63,550 nucleotides of DNA, filler included, from Octopus bimaculoides (GCF_001194135.2; 6 parts of 6 records of this genome joined end to end with filler, not necessarily neighbours in it); one strand, 5' to 3'. Counted from the first letter of the whole stretch, positions 1 through 14,066 are shown. Made by a program: numbers and translations. Notes: generated by a model not told the origin, from the letters alone.

Positions 1-21
1 GCTAGGTATATTTATACATAT

Positions 22-170
22 TCCGCTGAGGTCAACTTTGCCTTTCATCCTTTTGGGGGTTGATTAAATAAGTACCAGTTACGCACTGGGGCCGATGTAA
101 TCGACTTAATCCCTTTGTTTGTCCACTCTATGTTTATTGCTCCTTATGGGCAATAAAGAAATAAATGATA
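22..170 (+). mobile_element. SINE family C, 3' part
   Basis: Body GAGGTCAACTTTGCCTTTCATCC...AAATAAGTACCAGTT...CACTGGGGCCGATGTAATCGACTT recurs many times in the window (14.7, 35.0, 48.3, 49.8-51.7 kb). Confidence 0.8.
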
Positions 171-189
171 AAGTGAAACAAGGCATAGG

Positions 190-862
190 TCAGGGGCAAG
201 CAGAGCAATGATACAGTGGCGCTGGGCCAAGTGGACAAGATTGGGGAGTGGGAGGTAATCATAATACATGAAGCATAAAGGTGAGGAAGTAGAGAAGAGA
301 TGTAGAGATGTAGTTTGGTTCGTTGTGGTAGAGTGTGTGAAAGGTTTTCTACACAGCGCTTCTAGAACTCGGTTTTGCTGATGTGGGCGGGTCTTCTCAA
401 GAACTTCTTATTGCCAGACATCTCAGTTCAGTCCATGGTCATTTCCTCCATGAGTTCCAACTCCCTGAGATCAGTCCTTACCACTTCATCGCATGTCTTC
501 TTGGGTCTCCCTCTTCCACACTTTCACTGATCGGCACTTCTTTATGCAGTGGTCTTCATTCATACACATCACATGTCCAAGCCAACATAGTCTTCTCTCT
601 TGCATGCTACATTTGATTCCTCTTATGCCAAACTTTTCTCTCAATACATTTGTCATACATGTGCACAAATGTTGCACATCCAATGGAGCATACTGCCTTT
701 GTTTCGTTCCAATCTCTGCATGTCTTCAGAGATAATAGCTCTCTGAACTTCCTCCACCCAATTCTTATTCTAGAAACAATACTTTCAGAGCATCCTCCAC
801 CATTGCTAATTTCATCACCTAGGTAACAGAAACTATCTACAACCTCAAGAGAGCTTCCTGGG
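190..862 (-). mobile_element. RTE-clade LINE, degraded 3' fragment (ORF C-terminus plus 3'UTR)
   Basis: Minus-strand translation LREKFGIRGIKCSMQERRLCWLGHVMCMNEDHCIKKCR matches the RTE C-terminal motif RRLRWxGHVxRM; broken by stops and frameshifts. Confidence 0.8.
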
Positions 863-886
863 CATTATATATCATTTCTATGTATC

Positions 887-918
<32 letters not shown>

Positions 919-956
919 TGTATGTATCTATCTATCTATCTATCTATATACACACA

Positions 957-989
<33 letters not shown>

Positions 990-1092
990 NNNNNNNNNNN
1001 NNNNNNNNNNNNNNNNNNNNNNNNNNNNNNNNNNNNNNNNNNNNNNNNNNNNNNNNNNNNNNNNNNNNNNNNNNNNNNNNNNNNNNNNNNNN

Positions 1093-1167
<75 letters not shown>

Positions 1168-1634
1168 ATGATGGATAAATAAATAGATAGATAGATAGAT
1201 ACATACATACATACATACATACATACATACATACATACATACATAATACATACATACATACATACATACAAACAAACCTTGGATTTACACTTAGCACTTG
1301 CTTCATCCATATACATGCCTGTTGAAAGAACTGAAGAGATTCCAGTTTTATGAATATCATTACTTACTCAGTCTTTTCGTTTTGGTATTTTAGCTGGCTT
1401 TGGAGAATATGGATTAGATTATCTATCAAATATTGTGCATTCCAATTGCTGGTGATTGATTATCTGTGCCTAACACTCAACACTCTCTTCTCCTCTTTTT
1501 CTCACTAGTGTTCAATGATGTTTCATAGGATTTCCATTATATTCAGAAACACATATGTATCATTGTGTATATGTCCGTGTGCATTTGGATATGTGTGGAT
1601 AAGTGTGTATATGTGTGTTTGTGTGTGTGTATAA

Positions 1635-1668
<34 letters not shown>

Positions 1669-1779
1669 CATGGAAATCAGATGTTAAAGGATAATGATGA
1701 TGATAAATGATGATGATGACGATAGTATACATACACACACACACACACACATATAGGTATATATATATTTATGTGTATA

Positions 1780-1927
1780 ATCATCATCATCATCATCGTT
1801 TAACATCCGCTTTCCATGCTAGCGTGGGTTGGATGATTTGACTGAGGACTGGTGAAACCAGATGGCAACACCAGGCTCCAATCTGATTTGGCAAAGTTTC
1901 TACGGCTGGATGCCCTTCCTAACGCCA
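1780..1927 (-). mobile_element. RTE-tailed SINE, 3' end
   Basis: Reverse complement of the 3' end of the element at 6262-6764 (GGCGTTAGGAAGGGCATCCAG...CCAACCCACGCTAGCATGGAAAGCGGATGTTAAACGATGATGAT). Confidence 0.85.
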
Positions 1928-2177
1928 ATACACTTCCTAACACCAATACACTTCCTAACGCCATGCTCTATGTATGTATGTATGCATAAATTTGTGCATG
2001 TATATATGTGTGTGTATTTGTGCATGCATACTTATGCATGTGTGTGTATGTGTATATATTTATATAGGTTTACATACACTCATGCAGACATAAATTAATA
2101 TATATAATCGGACTCATCAACCTGATTCCTAAAAAGTGTAAACTCTACACAGTATATTGAGTACATTTTCCGTCATA

Positions 2178-2224
<47 letters not shown>

Positions 2225-2249
2225 ATGTATGTATGTATGTATGTATCTC

Positions 2250-2337
<88 letters not shown>

Positions 2338-2471
2338 TACATACATACATATGTATATATACACGTGTGTGCATAAGCATTTATGTACATGTATATGTAT
2401 CAGTGTATGAATGTATATGAGTAAATATGTGTGCATATATATATATATATATATACATATATTAATATATA

Positions 2472-2527
<56 letters not shown>

Positions 2528-2933
2528 CGTATATATACCTGTGTCTGTATTTATGTATACACACACACAGACACACGCACATATACACCCATACACATCT
2601 TCACATACACACACACTTATATGTGTTATTTATGAGGTAAATTATGTTTATTTTGCAACAGGCCATTGCTGCTTGTACTCCTAAACAGGAAAGACAAAAT
2701 CGTAACAAAATAGACGAAAAACTGTAATGTTATGTTAGGCCATGAAGAGAGATATACTATTATGGATGTTAGCAATGTGATGAGATTCCTCTTGTGATGT
2801 ATTGAAAACATCCAATGTAGCATTGCAAACTTCAAACAGGCAAGCAGTAATTGCCTTTATACGTATGTATATCCGCATATGTATATAACTCTGTATTTTT
2901 AGGTGTATATGTATACTCTCTCTCACACACACG

Positions 2934-2998
<65 letters not shown>

Positions 2999-3294
2999 AT
3001 ATATGTATGTATATATGTCTCATTTTATAGCTATGCATGTGCATATATGTGTTAGTATGCTAAAAAAGTGTGTATGTACTTATATATATGTATGTATTAG
3101 TATATATATATATGTATTATATTTATATATGTATATATCTTTATATCTTTTTTCTATATGATATGATGTGATATATGACATGATGCATGTAAGTGTATAT
3201 ATATATACACACACACACATGTACATACATACAAATAGATAGATAGAGAGATAGATAGATGCATAAATACATAGAAAGAGAGAGAGGGGGAGAC

Positions 3295-3329
<35 letters not shown>

Positions 3330-4210
3330 GGAAGTGAGCATTTAATAACATGTTGACTCAGCTCCATTTTACTTCATTTCTAGTGGCCATTGAGAGTAGA
3401 GTATCCACATCTTTACATGAATGGAGTTGGAATTTGACATCTGAAAATGTAACTGCCCACAAGACTTCAGGCAATGTGAAGCTGAATCAAATTATGATTA
3501 AATACATAAATCCCAGCTAAATACCTTGAATGCTACTTCTTTTTGCTGACCACTTCTGTATAAACATATGCCTATATTTACACATACAGAAATATATTTA
3601 TATATAATATTATTACAAATTTGGGATTTTACCAATAGAACTGCAACTCCTATTTCAGGATAACCTTATGAGATGGAATACACATAGAAAGTCATATCCA
3701 ATAAAATAATATAAGCATTTAAAAACACCTAGTATAAAATAATAAAATTATATGAAAACATATTTGAAAAAATCTATATAACTTATCTGTTATTTAGTCT
3801 GTAGGGAAAGAAGATATTTTTAATCAATGCTACATGTGTTTCTGCACTAGTGGAGTGTTTATCAAGGCTATACCTAATACATAAATCCACCAGTACACCG
3901 TCAGGCTATTTATCTTATTGTTATTATTATTAATGGACCAAAGTTAAAAATACATATTATAAGTCATATTAAATAGAAAAATAAGAATATGAATAGAAAT
4001 ATAATAAAAATATATAAATTACAAATATAGTTTTAAAAATTAGGAAAATTTTTTAAATTTTAAAAATTAAAAAAATGAAACACCTAAAATTACATTACCG
4101 ATATATATATATAGAAAATGCTAAACCTAAGGAAACCCTCAATGACTATGTTATAAACACATCAAATCCTACAACCTACCTATATGAACATACACACACA
4201 TATATATCTC

Positions 4211-4614
4211 TTTTACTTGTTTCAGTCATTTGACTGCAGCCATGCTGGAGCACCGCCTTTAGTCAAGCAAATTGAGCCCAGGTCTTTATTCTTTGTAAGC
4301 CTAGTACTTATTCTATCGGTCTCTTTTGATGAACCGCTAAGCTACAGGGACGTAAACACACCAGCATCGGTTGTCAAGCGAAGTTGGTGGGGACAAACAA
4401 AGACACACAAACATATACACACACATACACATACATACATAAATACACATATACGACAGGCTTCTTTCAGTTTCCGTCTACCAAATCCACTCACAAGGCT
4501 TTGGTCAGGCCAAGGCTATAGTAGAAGACACCTGCCCAAGGTGTCACGCAGTGGGAATGAACCCGGAACCACGTGGTTGGTAAGCAAGCTACTTACAACA
4601 CAGCCACTCCTGCG

Positions 4615-4616
<2 letters not shown>
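4211..4616 (-). mobile_element. tRNA-derived SINE family A, full length (~410 bp) with internal (CA/TA)n
   Basis: tRNA-like head with A/B-box-like sequence at the right end, body CCTTGGGCAGGTGTCTTCTACTATAGCC, tail ACTGAAACAAGTAAAA; aligns end to end with the + copy at 47097-47495. Confidence 0.9.
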
Positions 4617-4650
<34 letters not shown>

Positions 4651-4888
4651 TGGGTGAGATTGTTTTTACAGTTAAGAGAAATAAAACTTAATACATAAAG
4701 CAGAGTATTTGTGTTTATATTATTTTTATTTACTCAAGAAAATACAGAGATGCAAGTATCCAGTGTTTTGCTCCAATGCATGCATCAAGTTTGACATGTT
4801 TATAGCCATGAAGACTGAATCTCAGTGTCTCTGTCACTCTTTTGCTAATAAACACATGTGTGTGTGTGAGGATATATATATATATATG

Positions 4889-4928
<40 letters not shown>

Positions 4929-4989
4929 TACATGCATATATATCAAATTAAATACACAGCTAAAAGCACTGCCAAAAGAGCTGATGTTC

Positions 4990-5143
4990 ATGATGATGAT
5001 GATGATGATGATGATGGTGGTAATGATGATGATGATGACGACGACGACGACGACGATGACGACGACGACGACAATGACGACGACGACGACGATGATGAGA
5101 ATGATGATGAGGTTGAGGTTGATGATGAGGATGATGAGGATGA

Positions 5144-5175
<32 letters not shown>

Positions 5176-5450
5176 ATGATGATGATACAGAGCTATTTAT
5201 ATTGGCAGATATACATATATACATATGCATACAAATACACACGCAAATACACATATATTCAAAGAGAGAGAGAGAGTGAGAGAGAGAGAGGGAATGAGAG
5301 AGAGAGAGAATGAGAGAGAGAGAGATAATGAGAGAGAGAGAGAGAGGGAATGAGAGAGAGAGATAATGAGAGAGAGAGAGAGAATGAGAGAGAGAGAGAA
5401 TGAGAGAGAGAGAGTGAGAGAGAATGAGAGAGAGAGAAAGAGAGAGATTG
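4990..5450. repeat. Compound microsatellite (GAT/GAC/GGT)n followed by (GA)n with GAAT interruptions
   Basis: Seen directly; source of the poly-D/poly-M/poly-S ORFs. Confidence 0.95.
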
Positions 5451-6261
5451 ATATGAATCCATGGCTATAAGTGAGTGCCTGTGTGTGTCTTTCTTGAAGA
5501 AGCTAGAGCGCCATTTGAATATCATGTGTCTTCTATTTTTATCGGTTCAAACAATTATGCAGTGACTTCCCCCTCGTTGACACAACACAATATAAATTTA
5601 TAGTACGTAGTCGTAGTTGTAAACAGCAAGGCTTGAACTCATTATAATGTGGCTTAAATCCCCTAGATACCTTACCACCACAGCAATTTCGCATCAAGCC
5701 ATAACCGAGTCTTTTTTTCTGAATGTCCAATTTCTCGTGTTCCATGAAGTTCATCTTATAAATGTCATAAAAGTCAGACCTCATTAGCACTAAGAATTTT
5801 CTCTGGAAAGTCATAATCTATGAAAATGTTGATCATAACAAGTCACTTCACAAAATGCCAGTCTCCAATCACAATAATCTTCTTTCTGTCTATTAAATGT
5901 ATTCTAGTCTTTACAGATATAGCAACTAACATTTATTCGCTTTATGTTGGAAATAGACATTATACTTGTTTTTGATTTTTTCTTTTTTTTTTTTAATTTT
6001 TGTCCTTTTTATTTTTGATATATGTTAATGATAAGAAGTGGAACAGTGTCGATGATATTTGCAACCAATTCTGCCTACAACATTTGCAGAGAGAAGAGAA
6101 CGCAAAAGGTCTTCACTGGATTCTTGCACTAAATGAACTAAACAACCATATGTGTGTCTCTATTATCTGTACGTATATTCATTATATATACAGGTTTTAG
6201 ATATATTTAATATATACATGTAAATATATTTGAAATCTGAAATCGAAATCGAACCGAATCC

Positions 6262-6764
6262 GACGACTGGCACCCATGCTAACCTCTCCTTCATTGGACA
6301 CTAAACTCTGCTTGTGAAGACCTGTTGGGGCAAGTGAAATCGAAATCGTAATTGAACCATATTCAATGACTGGCACCTATGCTAGTGGAGCACTAACAGC
6401 ACTGTCCGAGTGTGTTCATTGCCAGAGCAGCTGTCTGGCTTCCATGCTAGTGGCCCATAAATAGCATCATTTGAGCATAATCGTTACCAGCGTTGCCTTC
6501 TAGCACTTGTGCTGGTGGCACGTTAGCAAATCATTCGAGCGAGGTCGTTGCCAGTGCCGCTGGACTGGCCCTCATGCCGATGGCACGTAAAAGCACCCAC
6601 TACACTCTCGGAGTGGTTGGCGTTAGGAAGGGCATCCAGCTGTAGAAACTCTGCCAGATCAGATTGGAGCCTGGTGCAGCCATCTGGTTCATCAGTCCTC
6701 AGTCAAATCGTCCAACCCATGCCAGCATGGAAAGCGGACGTCAAACGATGATGATGATGATGAT
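6262..6764 (+). mobile_element. RTE-tailed SINE with ~5 degenerate internal tandem units
   Basis: Repeated unit CTGGCNCYYRTGCYRGTGGCACGTAA..GCAC, then GGTTGGCGTTAGGAAGGGCATCCAG, then an RTE-like tail ending (GAT)n. Confidence 0.85.
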
Positions 6765-7038
6765 ACATGTAAATATATATATGTATATATTCAGTCAAAA
6801 AATGAGAACTAGAGATACTCAGTATAGAAAACACATTCCATCTGCTAATTATTCCATCTGCTAATTATGAATACTATGTCTATTACATAATTCTGAACTT
6901 ACAGAAACAGTTGTTGAATTAAAAACTATGCATTCTTTTCTTAGTTTTCTGTATTTTTTATGCTCTAGGTAAATTTATTTGTATATATTAATATCTGTAT
7001 GCATGTACACTCATGTTTATCTTTTGAATACATATAGT

Positions 7039-7077
<39 letters not shown>

Positions 7078-7262
7078 NNNNNNNNNNTCTGTGTGTATTT
7101 ATATAAATCAAACCTAAAAGTAGCTCTTCATGAACATATATATTTGTGTGTGTGTGTGTGTATGTGTGTGAGGGAGAGAGAGAGAGAGATAGAGAAAGAG
7201 TGTGTCAGTGAATATGTCTGTGTCTTCTTGTTTCAACTCTGCATGATAGTCACAAATAAGTG

Positions 7263-7522
7263 TTTCTTTCAGTCACGGGGACGTAAACACACCAGCATCA
7301 GTTGTCAAGCGCTGTTGGTGGGACAAACACAAACACACAAACACACATATATATATATACGACAGGCTTCTTTTAGTTCCCGTCTACTGAGTCCACTCAC
7401 AAGGCTTTGGTCAGCGCAAGGCTATTGTAGAAGACACTTGCCCAAGGTGCCACACAGTGGGACTGAACCCGAAACCATGTGGTTGGTAAGCAAGCTACTT
7501 ACCACACAGCCACTCCTGCGCC
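7263..7522 (-). mobile_element. SINE family A, internally deleted copy
   Basis: Same head and body as 4211-4616; part of the 3' half is missing. Confidence 0.85.
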
Positions 7523-7659
7523 TATTAATATTCCATGTGTACTTATTTGGTTTTATTCCTTTGATTTTTCTATGTAAATCCCCTTATTTTATGTACATCA
7601 TTGTGATAGCCCCCCCCCCTCATTCATTGCCTTAGTGGAAAATAAAAGAAATCATTACT

Positions 7660-8070
7660 GTTGTTGTTGTTGTCATCGTCGCTGTCATCAGCAGCGGCAG
7701 CAACAGCAACAATAGAATCAGCAGCTTTATCACCTGTATCAAGAACATCACCACCACCACCACCACCACCACCACCTCCATCATCATCATCATCATTTTT
7801 AACATCATCATCATCATTATCATCATTTTTACCATCATCATCATCTTCATCATCATCACCACCATCACCACCACCCCAACCACTACCAACCGTGTTGTCC
7901 TTGTCTCCTTCTTCCCTGTGCTCCTCCTCCTCCTCCTCCTCATCATCATCATTATCATCATCATCATCATTCATCATCCTCCTCCTCCTCCTCATCATCA
8001 TCATCGTCGTCATCATCATCATCATCATCATCCTCATCATCCTCATCCTCCTCATCATCATCATCATCAA
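7660..8070. repeat. Compound trinucleotide microsatellite (CAT/CAC/CCT)n
   Basis: Seen directly. Confidence 0.95.
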
Positions 8071-8289
8071 CTTTTTTAATAATCGATATTAATCAATATT
8101 TACATTTATTCCCGTGTCTATTCAGTTTTAACACAATATTGATAGTTCTTTACATTATACCATTTACATGAATTATTGATTAATAGAAATATTGATTATT
8201 ACTTTTCTTTTTATTGTTGTATTACTGAATTTTTATCTAACATTGGAAGGGGCAGTTTTTTCGCCAATTTTAAGAAATAAATGTTGGTT

Positions 8290-8715
8290 GTTTTCGTCTT
8301 CTTCTTCTTTTCCTTCTTCTTCGTCGTCTTCTTCTTCTTCTTTTTCTTTTTCATCTTCTTCTTCTTCTTCTTCTTTGTTTTCTTCTACTTCTCCTTCTTC
8401 TTCTTTGTCTTCTTCTTCTTCTTCTTCTCCTCATCCTCCTTCTTCTTCTTCTTCTCCTCATCCTCCTTCTTCTTCTTCTTCTACTTCTCCTTCTTTTCCT
8501 CTCCTCTCCTCTGCTTTCCCATTCTTCTCCTCTTCCTTCTCCTTCCCCCCCCTTCTTACTTTTTTCCTTCCCCTTTCTTATTCTTCTCCTTATTCAGGCT
8601 ATCTCTTCTGCTCTTTCTTCTCCTTCTCTTCTTGCTCCTTTTGCTTCTCTTCCTCCTCTCCCTCCTCTTCCTTCTTCTTCTTCTTCTTCTTCTTCTTCTT
8701 CTTCTTCTTCTTCAC
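8290..8715. repeat. (TTC/TCC)n polypyrimidine microsatellite
   Basis: Seen directly. Confidence 0.95.
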
Positions 8716-9323
8716 CAACCTTATGCTATAAACCATTCTTCCTTGAAATAGGTAACCACTCATTATTCAATTTACATTGGTCTGTCTGTTTCTAGACAAG
8801 AAATGATATCTCAACAAACCTAAGGGTTTTTTTTTTCCCTAAATAAAGCCAGGATTTTTNNNNNNNNNNNNNNNNNNNNNNNNNNNNNNNNNNNNNNNNN
8901 NNNNNNNNNNNNNNNNNNNNNNNNNNNNNNNNNNNNNNNNNNNNNNNNNNNNNNNNNNNNNNNNNNNNNNNNNNNNNNNNNNNNNNNNNNNNNNNNNNNN
9001 NNNNNNNNNNNNNNNNNNNNNNNNNNNNNNNNNNNNNNNNNNNNNNNNNNNNNNNNNNNNNNNNNNNNNNNNNNNNNNNNNNNNNNNNNNNNNNNNNNNN
9101 NNNNNNNNNNNNNNNNNNNNNNNNNNNNNNNNNNNNNNNNNNNNNNNNNNNNNNNNNNNNNNNNNNNNNNNNNNAGCAACAACAACAACAACAAAACCAC
9201 CACCACCACCACCACCACCACCAACACCACCACCAACACAATCATACCCATCACCACCATCAGCTGCAACAACAACAACAACATTAACACTGGCCGGTAA
9301 GTGTTTTGTACTAATGCAGGTAC

Positions 9324-9448
9324 CTTGATGAGATATGCCCAGTACATTCTATCAAGTGGTCAGCTGGCTCGGAAGTGGAGACATAGGTTAATGAGTGGAA
9401 AGGTAGACTTGTGTTGTCAAGGAGATTGCAGCCTTCTTGAGCTACTAC
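9324..9448 (-). CDS. Candidate internal exon, product unknown (VVAQEGCNLLDNTSLPFHSLTYVSTSEPADHLIECTGHISS)
   Basis: Acceptor ATCTTATCTAG|, 125 nt open in phase 0 to 2, donor AAG|GTACCT, in non-repetitive sequence. No homology recognised. Confidence 0.25.
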
Positions 9449-9921
9449 CTAGATAAGATATATCCAATATTCACTGTAAATTTGATTGGTGTTAGTAAGG
9501 GCTTCTGGTTCGAGCAATAATGGCAAAGCAGAATATATGAATAAAATGTTGGTAATTTTCTAGTTGGGCATCACAATCCTATTCCGTTTGGATAAGAACT
9601 GAATTGGATTGTGATGGATGATCTGTCTAATCCTTGTTGGCTTGGAAAGCTAATGCAAAACAATAAGGACACATGTGCACGCGGGCACACACACACACAC
9701 ACACAAACAGATACACATATGTAACACAAGCTTACAAGGAATTGCAAACATGCACATCTCTACAAATATCTTTATAGTGAAACACAGACACAGAATCTCA
9801 TGGATGTGCATACAGTTGCACAAACACACACACACACAGACACACACACACACACACACACATATACACTTAGATAGACAAACTCAGACACATACAGATA
9901 TAGAAACTCGTATACACACAT

Positions 9922-9954
<33 letters not shown>

Positions 9955-9958
<4 letters not shown>

Positions 9959-10110
9959 TTTTAGTTTCCTTCTACCAAATCCACTCACAAGGTTTTGGTC
10001 AACCCAAGGCTATAGTAGAAGACGCTTGCCCAAGATGCCATACAGTGGGACTGAACCTGGAACCATATGGTTGGGAAGCAAACTTCTTACCACACAGTCA
10101 TGCCTGCACC
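9955..10110 (-). mobile_element. SINE family A, 5' half
   Basis: CCAAATCCACTCACAAGGTTTTGGTC...AGTAGAAGACGCTTGCCCAAG...CTTACCACACAGTCATGCCTGCAC matches family A. Confidence 0.85.
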
Positions 10111-10281
10111 TATCTTATGAAACGGGAAGAGCACATTGAACAGAGTAGAACCTGATATAGCAAAATAAAAGTTTCGTCATGGTTGGAATGCTTTTGAACA
10201 TGGGTTTGCTCAGTATGTGGTGACTTGCAAGCTGAACACTAGCAACAACAAAAACAACAAGATGTGCATGCATGCCTCTGT

Positions 10282-10316
<35 letters not shown>

Positions 10317-10428
10317 CAGTGATTTCAAGTACATACATACATGCATACATACATACATACATACATACATTTGTACATATACACATATACATGCATATAC
10401 ACATATATATACACATATATATATGCAT

Positions 10429-10472
<44 letters not shown>

Positions 10473-11351
10473 GTATGTATATGCATGTGTATATGTGTAC
10501 ATATATATATATANNNNNNNNNNNNNNNNNNNNNNNNNNNNNNNNNNNNNNNNNNNNNNNNNNNNNNNNNNNNNNNNNNNNNNNNNNNNNNNNNNNNNNN
10601 NNNNNNNNNNNNNNNNNNNNNNNNNNNNNNNNNNNNNNNNNNNNNNNNNNNNNNNNNNNNNNNNNNNNNNNNNNNNNNNNNNNNNNNNNNNNNNNNNNNN
10701 NNNNNNNNNNNNNNNNNNNNNNNNNNNNNNNNNNNNNNNNNNNNNNNNNNNNNNNNNNNNNNNNNNNNNNNNNNNNNNNNNNNNNNNNNNNNNNNNNNNN
10801 NNNNNNNNNNNNNNNNNNNNNNNNNNNNNNNNNNNNNNNNNNNNNNNNNNNNNNNNNNNNNNNNNNNNNNNNNNNNNNNNNNNNNNNNNNNNNNNNNNNN
10901 NNNNNNNNNNNNNNNNNNNNNNNNNNNNNNNNNNNNNNNNNNNNNNNNNNNNNNNNNNNNNNNNNNNNNNNNNNNNNNNNNNNNNNNNNNNNNNNNNNNN
11001 NNNNNNNNNNNNNNNNNNNNNNNNNNATAAAAATTCTTCGGATAGAATAAATGGGTTAATAGAAACCAATGTAGCAAAGAACATAAAATAACTTTGGTGT
11101 AGTTCCTGTTTTTAAGGCAGGAACTCCTTGAAATTTTTGGTATTTGAGTATATTTAAAAATTTAAGGAATGGAGAAAACGCATGTTATAATTGCATACTT
11201 TATTCCTACATATGTTTCAAAGGATTACAACCTATGTGATCCATAGGGATCTGTGATATTAAAATTGTAACCTTCCCATCAGGGAAAGCATGGGAATCAT
11301 CTTAAACGTAAGACATTATGACCGAGTATGAAAACAATAGATGGATAAGGT

Positions 11352-11387
<36 letters not shown>

Positions 11388-11928
11388 AGATGGTGAATGT
11401 ACAGTGTGCACACATACACATATACAAGTAAGGCAATAGCAACAGCAGCAGCAACAACTACAATAATAACAACAATTAGTGATAATATCGAAGGGAGCCT
11501 CTTCCTGGTCATTTCGCCTGTTAGAAATAACAAACAATTCTCCCTCATATCGCAGCATAATATGGAACTTGATAAAAGCAAGTATACCTAGGACAATGTA
11601 ATTGTAGATATACAAAGGATGGGATGGTCATAGTTGGAACGCTTTTGATCATAGATCTACTCCTGGAGCCACAAAACAGGAACTACAACACCAACATCAA
11701 CATCCGTAAGAGACCACAAACTAGAAAATAAAGTATGGTGCAGGAAAGTAAAGTGATACTGACATAATTTGAAAAGGAAGAAATAATTAAAATCATCAGA
11801 TATAATATATGATATATATATATATATATATATATATTATGTACATACATATACATATGTATATGTATTTATGTATGTATATGTCTATATATATACACAT
11901 ATATGAATGTATGTGTACATATATTTCT

Positions 11929-12032
<104 letters not shown>

Positions 12033-13094
12033 ATGCATGTCCATGTTTGGGCATCTGTGCTTTTGTATTTGTGTGTGCATATGTCTGTGTGAACATGTGC
12101 ACATATTTTTGTGTGGGCGTGTGTGCCCGCACAAGCATATTCGTGAACATATTTGCATGCATATGCAAACATAATTGTGTATGTGTATGTGCTTACGAGG
12201 GAGCAGGTTTGTGTACAAGTATGCATTCCTTTGCATGCGTATGCATGTATCAGCATGTTTGTATTTGAGTATGCATGCGTATGAGTGTATATGTGCATGC
12301 ATGTGCGTAAATGTGTGCATGTCCATATATAGCAGAAGTGCTAATTGAAAAACCTAATGGTAGTTAAACTCTTTATATGATTATTGAGTTTCATTCAAGA
12401 GTTGTTAACTTCTATGACACAAGTGTCTCAATAAAAATTTGAAGTGATGCATAGCAGTCAATGAGCTAAGTGGTTTTAAAGATGCAGTATAGCAGTAATA
12501 ATAGGAAGAAGAAAAGAAGAATATGAAGAGGTTGGGAAGAGACAATTAGCGACATTATCTCTGGTTACTCAGTCCGGTCAAAAAAAAAGGAATACACCTC
12601 CACTCCCCACCTACAGCTGGGAAGTGGAGGTCACATACTGGAAATTAAACCAGTAATATGAAGTACCCACCATAAAAAGGCACTGTATTTTCCGCTATAC
12701 AAGTTGAATTGATCAGATCAAAATTCACAGCGAAGAAAAAAGTTGGTCCACTTCTAGAGCAAGATGACACTGGAGGTCCAAACGTTTCATGAAGTGTAGC
12801 AGATTTTAAAAGACAGTGATGATGTTTGAATGTTTGTTCTATATGTTTATGCTATATAGTATGCCAAGTTGTATGCTGGGAAATATAGTAGTGTAAAAGG
12901 AAAGGAAAAGGCAATCAAGCTCTAAGATATGTCACTCGTCAATGATGAGAAGATCAAAGCTAATTGACCAGATATTGTTGGCAACGACCACTAGAGAAAG
13001 GAAATGCTTTTTAATTAAAGTATAAATACTTGATAATGTGTCTATTAAAGAAACAGAGAAATTATTTGAATCCTTTTCTTTATTATTTATCTAG

Positions 13095-13706
13095 TACTTC
13101 TTTCAGGCATTTTACTGTGGCCATGCTGGGGCACTGTGTCGAAGGGTTTTATGTCAAACAAGTCAACCACAGTAAAATTTTTTGTCTAGTACTTATTCCG
13201 TTAGTCTCTTCTGCTAAACTGTGACGATTCTGTAAACAAACCAACATCAGTCATCCAGGAGTGGGGAGGAGGAAACAAACACAGTCACAAACAAACAAAC
13301 ACACACACACACACACACACACATACACACACACATGCATCCACACACACACACACACAAACACAAACACACACATACATACACACATACATACATATAT
13401 ACACACACACATAAACACAGGCAAGTCTGTTTGGTAAGAAGCTTGCTTCTGAACCACATGGTCCCAGGTTCACTCCCATTGCATAGTATCTTGAGCAAGT
13501 GCTTCTACTATAGCCTTGGGCTGACCAAAGCCTTGTGAGTAGATTTGGTAGACAGGAACTGGAAGAAGGCCATTTTATATGTGTGTGTGTGTGTGTGTGT
13601 TTCTGTGTTTGTCCCCCACCACCTCTTGACAATGGATGTTGGTGTGTTTACATCCCCGTAACTCAGTGGTTTGGCAAAAGAAACCAATAAGATAAGAAAT
13701 AGGCTT
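13095..13706. mobile_element. Two divergent family A SINE pieces (3' part on -, 5' part on +)
   Basis: 13095-13400 matches the family A 3' half on -; 13418-13706 matches head and body on +. Confidence 0.75.
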
Positions 13707-14066
13707 ACAGGGAATAAATCGTAGGGTTAATTTCTTGTAAAGGGTCAAAGGTGGTGACCTTCATTCTCTGACTAAGCCATTTGTGTAAAAAAAGAAAGCC
13801 TGAAAGTCACTGAGGCCTTGGAAAAGGTCATAAGTATTGCTCTTTCTTCTCTGATTGAGCTATAAAAAATTGTTCGGCAAAGGTCAGACGACTATGTAGT
13901 GATTTAATAATCTGATCGTGTTAGGCTTATGTATTAAAACTACAATGCTGGTGCCTGGATGTTATTGAACAAAAGTTATCGGATGCAGGAAACCTAAATA
14001 TATTGATTAGGAAGACTTTACATATTGACTAAAATTATCATAATTACCTTATTACTTTGCATTATT

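Noticed and set aside
6262-6600. CRISPR-like repeat-spacer appearance
   Set aside because: Units are degenerate tandem modules inside a eukaryotic SINE; no identical repeats, unique spacers or cas genes.
11351-11581. TM-like peptide TRKRLPSILSLIVVIIVVVAAAVAIALLVY
   Set aside because: The hydrophobic stretch derives from a (GTT/GCT) microsatellite; no convincing donor.
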